A stretch of DNA of 25,230 bases from an uncultured Candidatus Saccharibacteria bacterium (GCA_964405855.1 CAYOPK010000001.1:1-25230), one strand, 5' to 3'. Counted from the first letter of the stretch, positions 1 through 8,799 are shown. Notes: a model not told the origin generated them from the letters alone. Numbers and translations are program-made.

Positions 1-1165
1 TGAGGGTCGTCTTCCCCGCCCCGCTACCACCGACGATGCCCACCTTCTGTCCCGGCTTCACTTCGAATGATAGGCCGTCGAAAATTTTTCTCGGATCCTT
101 ATCATAATTGAAGGTGGCGTTCTCGAACTTCACCGACCCACCATCCACCACCAACCTCTTCGCCCCCGGTTTGTCTGTGATCTCGTGTGGACGGATGATT
201 TCGCTTAACCCATTCTTCATTTCTCCATAAAATTCCATAATCTCGTTTATTCGCTGACCTATGTGAGATAAATCTCTCATAAACTTATGCGACAAAGAGA
301 TAATCATGACTAAGGCACCGACAGTTATAAAATCTTTTGACCACAAAGAAAATGCCCATAGGATGATGCTGGCAATAAACACTGCGACAATAACATTGTT
401 AATAACCAAAACCCATTCTTTAAAGTTGTTACTCTTCAATACAGCAATCCTCCATTCCTCCATCGCCTTATCCAAGCGACTGATTTCAAGAAATCTTCTA
501 GCATATTGCTGTACCGCAGTAATATTAGTAATGGTATCAATGACATAACCTCTTAATTTTGAACCCAACTCCACCGCCCTATCAGATAGGCCGACTTGAC
601 GGCGTGTTAACAACAAATTAAACGGCGTCAATATTACAATGCCCACAAGAAAACTATAAGCAAGTTGCCTATTGGCTGAATACAAAATAATGAAAGTCAC
701 AACAAGCGACGCAATAAAGCTAAAAATATTCCAAACCGCACTAACTATTAAGCGCGAGACATTTTGAGATATCATATTAACTTTTTCACTCAAAGCTCCG
801 GAAAATCTGTCATTAAAATAAGCGAGACTATGGAGCGAGAGATATTCGAACAATGATTTAGTGGCTCTTATACGGGATCTGATTGTCAGAAAATTTAAAA
901 TAAACGCCCCTCCTCTTATAGCTCCTACGGAGCCCAGAATTAAAAGCGGATAAGTAAGTACCCATAGAAAAATAGAATTCGTAGAGCCTGCACCGTCGAA
1001 CGTGTAGGAATTGGCCTTGTCTACAATCATTTGAAGCGCATAAGACTGCAGACCACCAAAAATATCAGACAACAAAACTAGTATGAGCGCCCAGAAAAAC
1101 CAGCTCTTATACGGCTTAATAGCGAACCAAATGAAAGCAAAAGGTGTGGACGGAATTTCTCGCAT
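1..1165 (-). CDS. ABC exporter, fused permease/ATP-binding protein (MdlB/MsbA-like), 3' end runs off the window
   Basis: Not in the ORF track. Manual translation from ATG at 1165 gives MREIPSTPFAFIWFAIKPYKSWFFWALILVLLSDIF..., with hydrophobic TM segments and YFNDRFSGAL. The same frame at 2-70 reads SFEVKPGQKVGIVGGSGAGKTTL (Walker A). I read both ends in the same frame but did not check every middle codon. Confidence 0.9.
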   Translation of the reverse strand, partial: MREIPSTPFAFIWFAIKPYKSWFFWALILVLLSDIFGGLQSYALQMIVDKANSYTFDGAGSTNSIFLWVLTYPLLILGSVGAIRGGAFILNFLTIRSRIRATKSLFEYLSLHSLAYFNDRFSGALSEKVNMISQNVSRLIVSAVWNIFSFIASLVVTFIILYSANRQLAYSFLVGIVILTPFNLLLTRRQVGLSDRAVELGSKLRGYVIDTITNITAVQQYARRFLEISRLDKAMEEWRIAVLKSNNFKEWVLVINNVIVAVFIASIILWAFSLWSKDFITVGALVMIISLSHKFMRDLSHIGQRINEIMEFYGEMKNGLSEIIRPHEITDKPGAKRLVVDGGSVKFENATFNYDKDPRKIFDGLSFEVKPGQKVGIVGGSGAGKTTL

Positions 1166-1212
1166 TCCTCTATCTTACTATTTACTACCCACTACTTACT
1201 ACCTACCGCTGT

Positions 1213-2082
1213 TTACAACCCCAGCTTCTTCATTTCTTCCACTTGTTTCTTCTGCTCTTTCGAAAGTTTTCCTGGGATCTCAACTAGGATACGAACATAG
1301 AGGTCACCTCGATCCGTCTTCGCTGTACGCGTATGGGAGAATGGGACACCCTTACCCTTCACCCGCAAGATAGCGCCGTGCTTGGTGCTCCCTGGCACCG
1401 TGAGTGTCAGATCGCCATCAAGAGTCATGATGAGCTTCTCAGTGCCTAGGAGAGCCTCAGAGAGCTTGATCGAGAGATCCATGACGAGGTTCTGACCCTC
1501 CTTGCGGAGATAAGGGTGCTTCCTGACATGAACCTTCACATACAGATCCCCTGGCACACCACCCTCGAGCCCCTCACCCATACCAGAAAGTCGGATCATC
1601 TGACCCTCGTCGATACCTGGAGGCACGTTGATAGAAACTTCTTTTTGTTTAACTAATTTAGAATTGATCACCACTTGCCTCTCAGTGCCGAAAACTGATT
1701 CTTGAAACGAGAGTTCAATATCCACCGCCACATCGCGACCACGACGGACTCTCCGTCCGCCGAAGATGGAGGAGAGGATGTCGTTTAGATCGCCTGCATC
1801 GAAGTGGGCTCCCTGTCCACCGAAACCAGAGAAGTCGAAGCCGAAGCTCGATGGGTCGAAACCGGCGCCAGCACCGGGTCCAGCTGAGCCGTAGGCGTCG
1901 TACTGAGCGCGTTTATTCTTGTCTGAGAGGACAGAATACGCTTCGGAAATTTCCTTGAACTTGGCTTCGTCACCACCAGACTTGTCTGGGTGATGTGCGT
2001 GAGCTAGTTTGCGGAAGGCCTTTTTTACTTCGTCTTCAGAAGCATTGCGCTCAACTCCTAGAATTTTGTAGTAGTCTTTCAT
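1213..2082 (-). CDS. dnaJ: DnaJ-family co-chaperone without zinc finger (class B / CbpA-like architecture)
   Basis: J domain (KDYYKILGV...HPD), G/F-rich linker and C-terminal substrate-binding domain. No CxxCxGxG repeats. Lies directly after dnaK. Confidence 0.93.
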   Translation of the reverse strand: MKDYYKILGVERNASEDEVKKAFRKLAHAHHPDKSGGDEAKFKEISEAYSVLSDKNKRAQYDAYGSAGPGAGAGFDPSSFGFDFSGFGGQGAHFDAGDLNDILSSIFGGRRVRRGRDVAVDIELSFQESVFGTERQVVINSKLVKQKEVSINVPPGIDEGQMIRLSGMGEGLEGGVPGDLYVKVHVRKHPYLRKEGQNLVMDLSIKLSEALLGTEKLIMTLDGDLTLTVPGSTKHGAILRVKGKGVPFSHTRTAKTDRGDLYVRILVEIPGKLSKEQKKQVEEMKKLGL

Positions 2083-2159
2083 GATTGAGCTTCTTAGGTT
2101 CTTAGCTTGATTAGCTTTTTAGCTTTTAGATTTCCTGCACAGCTAAGAAGCTTTCGAAG

Positions 2160-4079
2160 CTAGGAAGCCTGGTTTTCGTCTTTAGGTTCTTCCTTCACTT
2201 CTGCATCTTTCACATCAGGATTATCTGTAGTCTGTTGTGAGTTGTCGCTTGTCGCAGACCCTGAACCTTCAGGTGAAGGATTGTTCTTGCTCATCCATTC
2301 CCCTATTTTACTCATCTCAGTTGAGAGACCTTCTGTTGCCGGCTTGATAGTCTCGAGAGTGCCAGAGGTCAACTCTTTTCTCAGCGCTTCGATTTTCTCA
2401 TTCACACCAGATTTAATATCTTCTGGCAGAGTTGGAGCATCCTTCACCGCCTTCTCTGCAGTGTAGATCATCTGCTCGGCAGTGTTCTTCACATCGACGA
2501 GCTCTTTCTTCTTCGCATCTTCACCAGCGTTAGCCTCGGCATCTTTCTGCATCTTCTCAATCTCTTCTTTCGAGAGACCGGAGCTAGCTTCAATACGGAT
2601 GGACTGCTCTTTGTTCGTGGTCTTGTCTTTGGCCTTCACATTCAGGATACCGTTAGCATCGACGTCGAAGGTCACTTCTACCTGAGGAACACCACGTGGT
2701 GCTGGGGGGATGCCGTCGAGAATGAAGCGCCCCAGAGACTTGTTGTCAGAAGCCATGGCTCGCTCGCCCTGCACAATATGAATCTCCACAGAAGTTTGAT
2801 TATCAGAAGCAGTGGAGAAAATCTGCGACTTGGCCGAAGGTATGGTGGTGTTCTTTTCAATAAGTTTTGTCCCTACGCCACCCATGGTTTCGATACCGAG
2901 AGAAAGTGGGATAACATCGAGAAGCAGAACATCCTTCACATCGCCAGCGAGAATACCACCCTGGATAGCGGCACCGAGAGCCACCACCTCATCTGGGTTT
3001 ATGCTCTTGTTCGGCTCCTTGCCGAAGAAGTTCTTCGCCGCTTCGATAATGAGTGGCATTCTGGTCTGACCGCCGACGAGGATCACTTCGTCGATCTCAC
3101 CAACCTTAAACGGAGAAGCCTCCATGGCCCGCTTGGTAATCTCCATCGCTCGGTCGACAAACTCACGAGAAAGCTCATCGAGTTTGGCGCGATTCATCTT
3201 GAGTAAGAGGTGGCGTGGGCCAGAAGAGTCAGAGGTGATGAATGGGATGTTGATTTCTGTCTCGGTAGCGGTCGAGAGCTCAATCTTCGCCTTCTCAGCA
3301 GCCTCATCGAGGCGCTGGAGAGCCAGGGCATCAGAACGCACGTCGATGCCAGACTCCTTCTTGAACTCCTCAGCAATGTAGTTCAGGATCTTCTGATCAA
3401 TGTCCTTGCCACCAAGGTGGGAGTCACCGTCGGTCGACTTCACTTCTACCACATCATCCCCCACTTCCAGAATCGAAATATCGAAAGTTCCTCCTCCGAA
3501 GTCGAAGACGGCGATCTTCTCATTCTTCTTTTTGTTGAACCCATAAGCCAGAGCGGCAGCTGTCGGCTCATTGATGATGCGGAGCACCTCGAGACCCGCA
3601 ATCTGTCCGGCATCCTTGGTCGCTTGGCGCTGAGAGTCGTTGAAGTAAGCTGGGACGGTGATGATAGCTTGAGTCACCTTGTCTCCAAGCTTGGCTTCGG
3701 CATCAGCTTTCAGTTTCTGGAGAATCATGGCTGAGATTTCTTCTGGACGCTGGTCCTTGCCACCAAGACTCACTAGAACTCCACCACTGGCACCCTCTTT
3801 AATCTCAAACGGTACGGTAGTCTTGTCCTTCTGCACAGCTGGGTCAGAGAAAGTGTGTCCGATGAAGCGCTTGATACCGAAGACAGTGTTCTTCGGGTTG
3901 GTGACCGCCTGACGCTTGGCCAGAAGTCCGACCAGTCGCTCACCCGTCTTCGAAACAGCGACGATAGAAGGAGTGGTGCGAACACCTTCCACGTTCTCGA
4001 TGATTTTTGGCGCACCAGCTTCCATCACTGCTATTGCTGAGTTGGTAGTTCCGAGATCAATTCCAATTATTTTTGCCAT
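2160..4079 (-). CDS. dnaK: Chaperone DnaK (Hsp70)
   Basis: [39 protein letters not shown] and [11 protein letters not shown] motifs; 639 aa. Confidence 0.99.
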   Translation of the reverse strand: MAKIIGIDLGTTNSAIAVMEAGAPKIIENVEGVRTTPSIVAVSKTGERLVGLLAKRQAVTNPKNTVFGIKRFIGHTFSDPAVQKDKTTVPFEIKEGASGGVLVSLGGKDQRPEEISAMILQKLKADAEAKLGDKVTQAIITVPAYFNDSQRQATKDAGQIAGLEVLRIINEPTAAALAYGFNKKKNEKIAVFDFGGGTFDISILEVGDDVVEVKSTDGDSHLGGKDIDQKILNYIAEEFKKESGIDVRSDALALQRLDEAAEKAKIELSTATETEINIPFITSDSSGPRHLLLKMNRAKLDELSREFVDRAMEITKRAMEASPFKVGEIDEVILVGGQTRMPLIIEAAKNFFGKEPNKSINPDEVVALGAAIQGGILAGDVKDVLLLDVIPLSLGIETMGGVGTKLIEKNTTIPSAKSQIFSTASDNQTSVEIHIVQGERAMASDNKSLGRFILDGIPPAPRGVPQVEVTFDVDANGILNVKAKDKTTNKEQSIRIEASSGLSKEEIEKMQKDAEANAGEDAKKKELVDVKNTAEQMIYTAEKAVKDAPTLPEDIKSGVNEKIEALRKELTSGTLETIKPATEGLSTEMSKIGEWMSKNNPSPEGSGSATSDNSQQTTDNPDVKDAEVKEEPKDENQAS

Positions 4080-4107
4080 GGTATTTTATTAAATCTTAAA
4101 TCCTAGC

Positions 4108-4632
4108 TTAGCCCTTCAATTCTCCTATCCGGACCTTCGCTGGTCTAATAATTTTGCCGTCTATCATATAACCTTTTTGCACAACTTCAAGGATTTTGTT
4201 TTCCTCCTCCGCCTTCCCTGTCTCGACCATGCCGATCGACTCATGCTTCCGAGGATCGAATTCCTGACCAAGTGGTACCTCCTCTATGAAGCCGTTCGAC
4301 TTCAGGATAGAGAGAAGTTGCTTATAAACCACTTCGAGCTCTTTGTTGCCGTGGGGCAAGGAAAGTTCCAAGCTGTCGAGTACCGGGAGAAGCTGGGTGA
4401 GAAGATCGGAGTTAGCGTATTTTAGAAACTCCTGCTTCGCTTCCTCATCCCTCTTCCTAACATTAACAAACTCGGCTTGCGCTCTCTGCCAACCGTCGAG
4501 ATACTCTCTGGCTTTGGCTTCGGCTTCCTTCACCTTGCCCTTCAGCTTGGCGATAGAGGCTCCAGCCTGCTCCTCCGCGACCACAGAATCATCTAGGTCC
4601 TCTGGCACAATCTCTGGTTCTTCGTTCTCCAT
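4108..4632 (-). CDS. grpE: Nucleotide exchange factor GrpE
   Basis: RAQAEFVNVRKR, LLPVLDSLE, FDPRKHE and QKGY...IRPAKV motifs; upstream of dnaK. Confidence 0.97.
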   Translation of the reverse strand: MENEEPEIVPEDLDDSVVAEEQAGASIAKLKGKVKEAEAKAREYLDGWQRAQAEFVNVRKRDEEAKQEFLKYANSDLLTQLLPVLDSLELSLPHGNKELEVVYKQLLSILKSNGFIEEVPLGQEFDPRKHESIGMVETGKAEEENKILEVVQKGYMIDGKIIRPAKVRIGELKG

Positions 4633-4702
4633 CCCATTAGAAATTTTAAGCTTATAAAACGACCTTTTAGTGCCTTGTCCGCTAAATTTCTAACGGGACA
4701 AG
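4629..4702 (-). promoter_or_regulatory. Structured 5' leader of grpE-dnaK-dnaJ; stem covers the start codon
   Basis: Inverted repeat 4632-4646 / 4684-4698 (15 bp, one G-U in the mRNA), extendable by 3 G-U pairs across AUGG. Competing hairpin 4674-4702. Confidence 0.6.
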
Positions 4703-4712
4703 TAGCCCTAAT

Positions 4713-4741
4713 AAGATACCCTATTTACTCACCTAAATCAA
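4713..4741 (-). promoter_or_regulatory. Putative sigma70 promoter of grpE-dnaK-dnaJ
   Basis: Minus strand TTGATT (4741-4736) - 17 nt - TATCTT (4718-4713). Predicted TSS ~4706. Confidence 0.5.
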
Positions 4742-4749
4742 GATTTAAC

Positions 4750-4778
4750 TTGACAAAATCCCTATTTGGGCGTATGAT
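4750..4778 (+). promoter_or_regulatory. sigma70 promoter of the small membrane-protein gene
   Basis: TTGACA (4750-4755) - 17 nt - TATGAT (4773-4778). Confidence 0.8.
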
Positions 4779-4795
4779 AATAAATGGAGGTTATG

Positions 4796-5005
4796 ATGAA
4801 TCGAAAAGAATTCGCTCGTAGGGTGGCTGGTGGCACTGAGGTAGCTTTCGTCAGCGTGGCACTTTTGATTAGTGCTGTGGTCGGCTTCTTATCGGGAAGC
4901 ACCCTGGTGGGGATCTGCACAATCCTCATCATTGTACTCATCGATGGATGGGTGACAGACGTTTGCTACGCCATGTATTTCTCCATGAAGGACCGGGAGG
5001 AGTAA
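4796..5005 (+). CDS. Small hypothetical membrane protein (~69 aa, two hydrophobic helices)
   Basis: ORF track starts at 4784, but GGAGG (4786-4790) sits 5 nt before ATG 4796. Has its own promoter and downstream hairpin. Hydrophobic VAFVSVALLISAVVGFL / LVGICTILIIVLI. Confidence 0.75.
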   Translation: MNRKEFARRVAGGTEVAFVSVALLISAVVGFLSGSTLVGICTILIIVLIDGWVTDVCYAMYFSMKDREE

Positions 5006-5022
5006 ACAACAGTCACGTCATC

Positions 5023-5048
5023 AAGGGGCCGGAGCAATCCGGCCCTTT
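5023..5048 (+). terminator. Intrinsic terminator hairpin
   Basis: AAGGGGCCGGA-GCAA-TCCGGCCCTTT: 11-bp stem (one G-U), GNRA loop, followed by T-rich sequence. Confidence 0.8.
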
Positions 5049-5131
5049 CGCTTGTTTAAAATCTCATACGTTACTTGCTAGCTATAGTTACTTATTAACG
5101 TATGCACATATGCGCTATGGCGTAAATGTGC

Positions 5132-5163
5132 AAAAAGAAAAGAAGCCCCGAAGGGCTTCTTTT
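5132..5163 (-). terminator. Intrinsic terminator of the ribosomal protein operon
   Basis: Minus strand AGAAGCCC-TTCG-GGGCTTCT then TTTCTTTTT, just after the rpsI stop. cUUCGg loop. Confidence 0.88.
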
Positions 5164-5167
5164 GTAA

Positions 5168-5569
5168 TTATCTTTTTGACCACTGAGGTGCCTTTCTCGC
5201 TTTCTTGAGGCCGAACTTGCGGCGCTCTTTGGCGCGAGGGTCACGCTTGAGGTAGCCCTTCACCTTGAGTTTGGTGCGGATCTCTGGCTCATCCTTGATA
5301 AGCACTCGAGCGATACCGTGGCGCATAGCACCGGCCTGAGAAGAGACGCCTCCACCAGAGAGCTTGGCAGTGATGACGTACTTGCATGGAGTATCAGCGA
5401 AAACGGCCATGATATCAGAACGCATCTGCGCTACTGGGAAATATTCTTCGAAAGGTCGATCGTTAATAGTGATCTCTGTCTTAGAAGCTGGAGTCATGCG
5501 GACACGGGCGACGGAAGTCTTCCTACGTCCGACGGCTTCGATGTATCTAGTTTCTTTGGTAGCAGTCAT
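5168..5569 (-). CDS. rpsI: 30S ribosomal protein S9
   Basis: AVGRRKTSVARV, GGGVSSQAGA and RDPRAKERRKFGLKKARKAPQWSKR. Confidence 0.98.
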   Translation of the reverse strand: MTATKETRYIEAVGRRKTSVARVRMTPASKTEITINDRPFEEYFPVAQMRSDIMAVFADTPCKYVITAKLSGGGVSSQAGAMRHGIARVLIKDEPEIRTKLKVKGYLKRDPRAKERRKFGLKKARKAPQWSKR

Positions 5570-5578
5570 ATATTTAAA

Positions 5579-5926
5579 CTATTCGTTGATTTTCAAATTC
5601 TTCATCATGAGCGGACGAAGCTTATTCTTCGGAAGCATACCATAAACCGCTCGGCGAAGGATATCACGAGCTCCGTGTTTCTCGATCACCTGAGTCATGG
5701 AGCGAACCTTGAGAGAACCCGGATAACCTGAGTGGTGCACGTACTCTTTGTCCTTGAGCTTCTTTGCATCCAGAGTCATGGCACCAGCGTTAGAAACCTC
5801 CACCTCAACAGCAGGGATAGTGTTCTTGGCGAAGTCGGTGCGGTTTTTCCCCATGAGAAGAACTGCTACTTCAGTAGCGATTCTTCCTGGCACTCTTCCT
5901 GCAGCGTCGATGGTGTATTTAGTCAT
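5579..5926 (-). CDS. rplM: 50S ribosomal protein L13 (short, 115 aa)
   Basis: IDAAGRVPGRIAT, HSGYPGSLK and AVYGMLPKNKLR; adjacent to rpsI. Confidence 0.97.
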   Translation of the reverse strand: MTKYTIDAAGRVPGRIATEVAVLLMGKNRTDFAKNTIPAVEVEVSNAGAMTLDAKKLKDKEYVHHSGYPGSLKVRSMTQVIEKHGARDILRRAVYGMLPKNKLRPLMMKNLKINE

Positions 5927-5931
5927 AATGG

Positions 5932-6279
5932 TTATACGAATTCAATGATAGCCTGAGGCGCTCCGTCTGAAGCTCGGCGCACCATCTTGGTGATACGAGT
6001 ATAGCCTCCGGCGCGCTCTTTGTAACGTGGGGAAAGATCGGTAGCAATCTTCTTCGCGGCACGAGCACCCACTCGGCTCTCCAAGAGACGGCGTGATGCC
6101 AGGGTCTCCTTCTTCCCCAGAGTGATGAGCTTCTCCATAAACGGACGAAGTTCCTTGGCCTTGGCCTCAGTGGTCTTGATCTTCTCTTCCCTAGCTAGAG
6201 CATAGGCAAGAGACTTCATCAGAGCCACTCTCTGGTTCTTTTCTCGTCCGAATTTTCTTTTGGAATTATGATGTCTCAT
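5932..6279 (-). CDS. rplQ: 50S ribosomal protein L17
   Basis: MRH...KFGR, IKTTEAKAKELR and RAGGYTRI...DGA. Confidence 0.98.
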   Translation of the reverse strand: MRHHNSKRKFGREKNQRVALMKSLAYALAREEKIKTTEAKAKELRPFMEKLITLGKKETLASRRLLESRVGARAAKKIATDLSPRYKERAGGYTRITKMVRRASDGAPQAIIEFV

Positions 6280-6295
6280 CGGGAGCTATACTACA

Positions 6296-7258
6296 TTATT
6301 TCAGCGTAATGCCAAACTCACCCAGAGCTTTCCTGATCTCCTGGATACCCTTAGCACCCAAACCTTCTACCTCGAGAAGGTCTTTCTCCTTCTTCCTAGC
6401 TAGACCTCCGACAGTGCGGATGTTCGCGCTTGTGAGAGCGTTCTGAGTACGAGCCGAGAGCTCGAGAGACTCAATACGAGTCTTCAATACCTCTGCATCC
6501 ACCTCTGCGCGAACAGTTGCAGCTGGAGCCTCACTGGAGACACTCTGAACCACTTCTGGCTCTTCTTCCTTGAAACCGACAACAGCCTTGAGCTGGTTGA
6601 TCATTGTTTCGATAGCACTCGAGAGAGCGACCGAAGGAGCCACAGTACCATCAGTCTCGATGAAGATACGGAGTTTGTTGTAGTCGGTTCTGTCTCCCAC
6701 ACGCATGTTCTCTACCTCATAGCTAGCGCGACGGATAGGAGTGAAGATGCCATCGAGAGCGATAGAGCCAATATCAACACGAGACTTGTCAATCATCTCC
6801 TTCGGCATGAAGCCGAGACCTTTCTCTACACGAATCTCCATTTCTAGAGAAGCGCCTTTGGAGGTCAGAGTGGCGATATGTTGATCTGGAGTGAGAAGCT
6901 CAATCTGTCCTGGTAGTTCTAGGCTGGAAGCTGTGACAACCTGCTCACCCTTCGTCTTGAGGTGGATAACCTGAGGCTCGTCTACGCTCATGCGCATTCT
7001 GATCCTCTTGAGATTCAAGAGGATGGTGATAACGTCTTCTTTCACACCTTCGATCACTGAGAATTCATGAGTAACGCCAGCAATCTTTACAGAAGTGACA
7101 GCAACTCCCGGCAGAGAGGACAAGATGATGCGGCGGAGGCTGTTGCCTAGAGTGTGGCCATAACCAGGGTAAAGTCCCTCGATTTCAAAAACTCCTGACT
7201 CGCCTTCTTCGGAGATCACTCTTGGTTTAGAAGGAAGATGTATTGTGTAGTCTGCCAT
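6296..7258 (-). CDS. rpoA: RNA polymerase alpha subunit
   Basis: GYGHTLGNSLRRIILSSLPG, VENMRVG and C-terminal IESLELSART alpha-CTD. Confidence 0.98.
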   Translation of the reverse strand: MADYTIHLPSKPRVISEEGESGVFEIEGLYPGYGHTLGNSLRRIILSSLPGVAVTSVKIAGVTHEFSVIEGVKEDVITILLNLKRIRMRMSVDEPQVIHLKTKGEQVVTASSLELPGQIELLTPDQHIATLTSKGASLEMEIRVEKGLGFMPKEMIDKSRVDIGSIALDGIFTPIRRASYEVENMRVGDRTDYNKLRIFIETDGTVAPSVALSSAIETMINQLKAVVGFKEEEPEVVQSVSSEAPAATVRAEVDAEVLKTRIESLELSARTQNALTSANIRTVGGLARKKEKDLLEVEGLGAKGIQEIRKALGEFGITLK

Positions 7259-7300
7259 AAATAGTTAAATAAGTTGGATAAGTTATAAATTAAATAAGTT

Positions 7301-7906
7301 TTATCGGTTGTAGTACTCGATCACCACAGCCAAATCAAACACCTGCTCCGCTTCTACATAAACCGGCTCCCCCACCACCTTAGCCGTCCTGGTCTCAGGA
7401 TCGAGGACAAGCCAAGCTGGAGCACTTAGAGCCTTCATCCTCTCCGAAACCTCAGCGAAGAGCGCACTCTGGGCCGAAGCTTCTCTGACACCCACCACAT
7501 CTCCTATCCCAATCTGGATAGAAGGGATGGTGACGCGCTGACCATTGACGGTCGCATGGCCATGGCTCGCCGACTGACGAGCCTGAGCTCGAGTCTTGGC
7601 AAGCCCAGAGCGAAAGAGGACATTGTCGAGCCTGGATTCCAGGAGTTGGAAAAGTTTGTGAGTCTGGTTAGGAGACTTCATGGCCTTATCGACATACCCT
7701 CTAAACTGCTTCTCACTCAAACCATAGCTTAAGCGAGCTTTCTGCTTCTCGATCAGAGCCTTGCCGAATTCTGACTTTGGTCGAGTAAACTTCCTTCTCA
7801 CCTTTTCCTTGCGGGTAAGAGAAAGAGTGTACTTAGCAGTCTGAGTTTTCTCAAAGATCGGAGCGCCGAGGCGACGAGCTATTTTATATTTTGGTCCAAT
7901 TTTCAT
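7301..7906 (-). CDS. rpsD: 30S ribosomal protein S4
   Basis: EKQKARLSYGLSEKQF and LESRLDNVLFRSG...QARQ...HGH. Confidence 0.97.
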   Translation of the reverse strand: MKIGPKYKIARRLGAPIFEKTQTAKYTLSLTRKEKVRRKFTRPKSEFGKALIEKQKARLSYGLSEKQFRGYVDKAMKSPNQTHKLFQLLESRLDNVLFRSGLAKTRAQARQSASHGHATVNGQRVTIPSIQIGIGDVVGVREASAQSALFAEVSERMKALSAPAWLVLDPETRTAKVVGEPVYVEAEQVFDLAVVIEYYNR

Positions 7907-7935
7907 AAAGTTTATTTATAGTGAACGTGGTCGAA

Positions 7936-8391
7936 CTATGTGCGTCTTGGCTTAGGTGGCTTAGGGCCATTGTGTGGAACTGGGGTCATGTCCTGGATAG
8001 TAGTGAGACTAATCCCTTTCGAAATAAAGCCGCGGATAGCTGACTCGCGACCAGAACCAACACCTTTCACAACCGCTTTCACCTCTTTGATACCAAGCTC
8101 TCCAGCCTTAACCGCCAGAGTCTCGCCGACTTTAGCTGCTGCGAAAGGTGTACCCTTCTTCGCCCCCTTGAAACCAAGACTGCCACTAGAAGACCAGGCT
8201 AGAGTGCCTCCCTTAGGGTCCGTCAAAACCAGTTTAGTATTGTTATAAGTAGACTCAACACAGAGAATCCCAGAATCGAAACGCTTGTTCTTAGAAGCTT
8301 TAGCAACAGGAGCTGCGGCCTCAGCAGACTCAGTGCCTTCTACTGCTTTCTCGACGGTCTCTTCTGTTGTTGCTAATTTCTTTTTACCCAT
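7936..8391 (-). CDS. rpsK: 30S ribosomal protein S11 (acidic/Ala-rich N-terminal extension)
   Basis: STYNNT, WSSSG..GFKGAKKGTPFAA, GVGSGRESAIR and TPVPHNG. Confidence 0.97.
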   Translation of the reverse strand: MGKKKLATTEETVEKAVEGTESAEAAAPVAKASKNKRFDSGILCVESTYNNTKLVLTDPKGGTLAWSSSGSLGFKGAKKGTPFAAAKVGETLAVKAGELGIKEVKAVVKGVGSGRESAIRGFISKGISLTTIQDMTPVPHNGPKPPKPRRT

Positions 8392-8418
8392 GATGATATT
8401 GATATTGGAACGTTTGTT

Positions 8419-8799
8419 TTATTTCTTCTCGGCAATCTTGCGACCAGTACCTGCGGTCTTTCTCTGGTTGCCTCGACGAGTACGAGAGTTGGTCTTGGTA
8501 CGCTGACCACGGACTGGAAGGCTTCTCATGTGGCGAACTCCACGATAAGCCTTAATATCCTTCAACCTTTTAACATTAGCAGCGACTTCGCGCTTGAGGT
8601 CACCTTCGAGAGTAATTTTCTCGATAATGCTGCGGATCTGGTTTTCCTGCTCGATGGTGGCGTCTTTACTCTTGAGCTCAACTGGCACGCCAGCCTCTTT
8701 CAGAATCTTCTGAGCACGTGAACGACCGACGCCGTAGAGCGTAGTCAAGCCGATTTCAAGACGTTTTTCGTCCGGGATGGTAATGCCGAGTATTCTCAT
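8419..8799 (-). CDS. rpsM: 30S ribosomal protein S13
   Basis: RILGITIP, YRGVRH...LPVRGQRTKTNSRTR. Confidence 0.98.
   Translation of the reverse strand: MRILGITIPDEKRLEIGLTTLYGVGRSRAQKILKEAGVPVELKSKDATIEQENQIRSIIEKITLEGDLKREVAANVKRLKDIKAYRGVRHMRSLPVRGQRTKTNSRTRRGNQRKTAGTGRKIAEKK

Noticed and set aside
306-1373. Plus-strand ORFs 306-548 and 1083-1373, and the many other short track ORFs antisense or out of frame to known genes
   Set aside because: They overlap well-supported genes, lack start signals and show no family motifs.
4633-4783. CIRCE (HrcA operator) upstream of grpE
   Set aside because: No TTAGCACTC-N9-GAGTGCTAA match; only TTAG...CTAA fragments are present.
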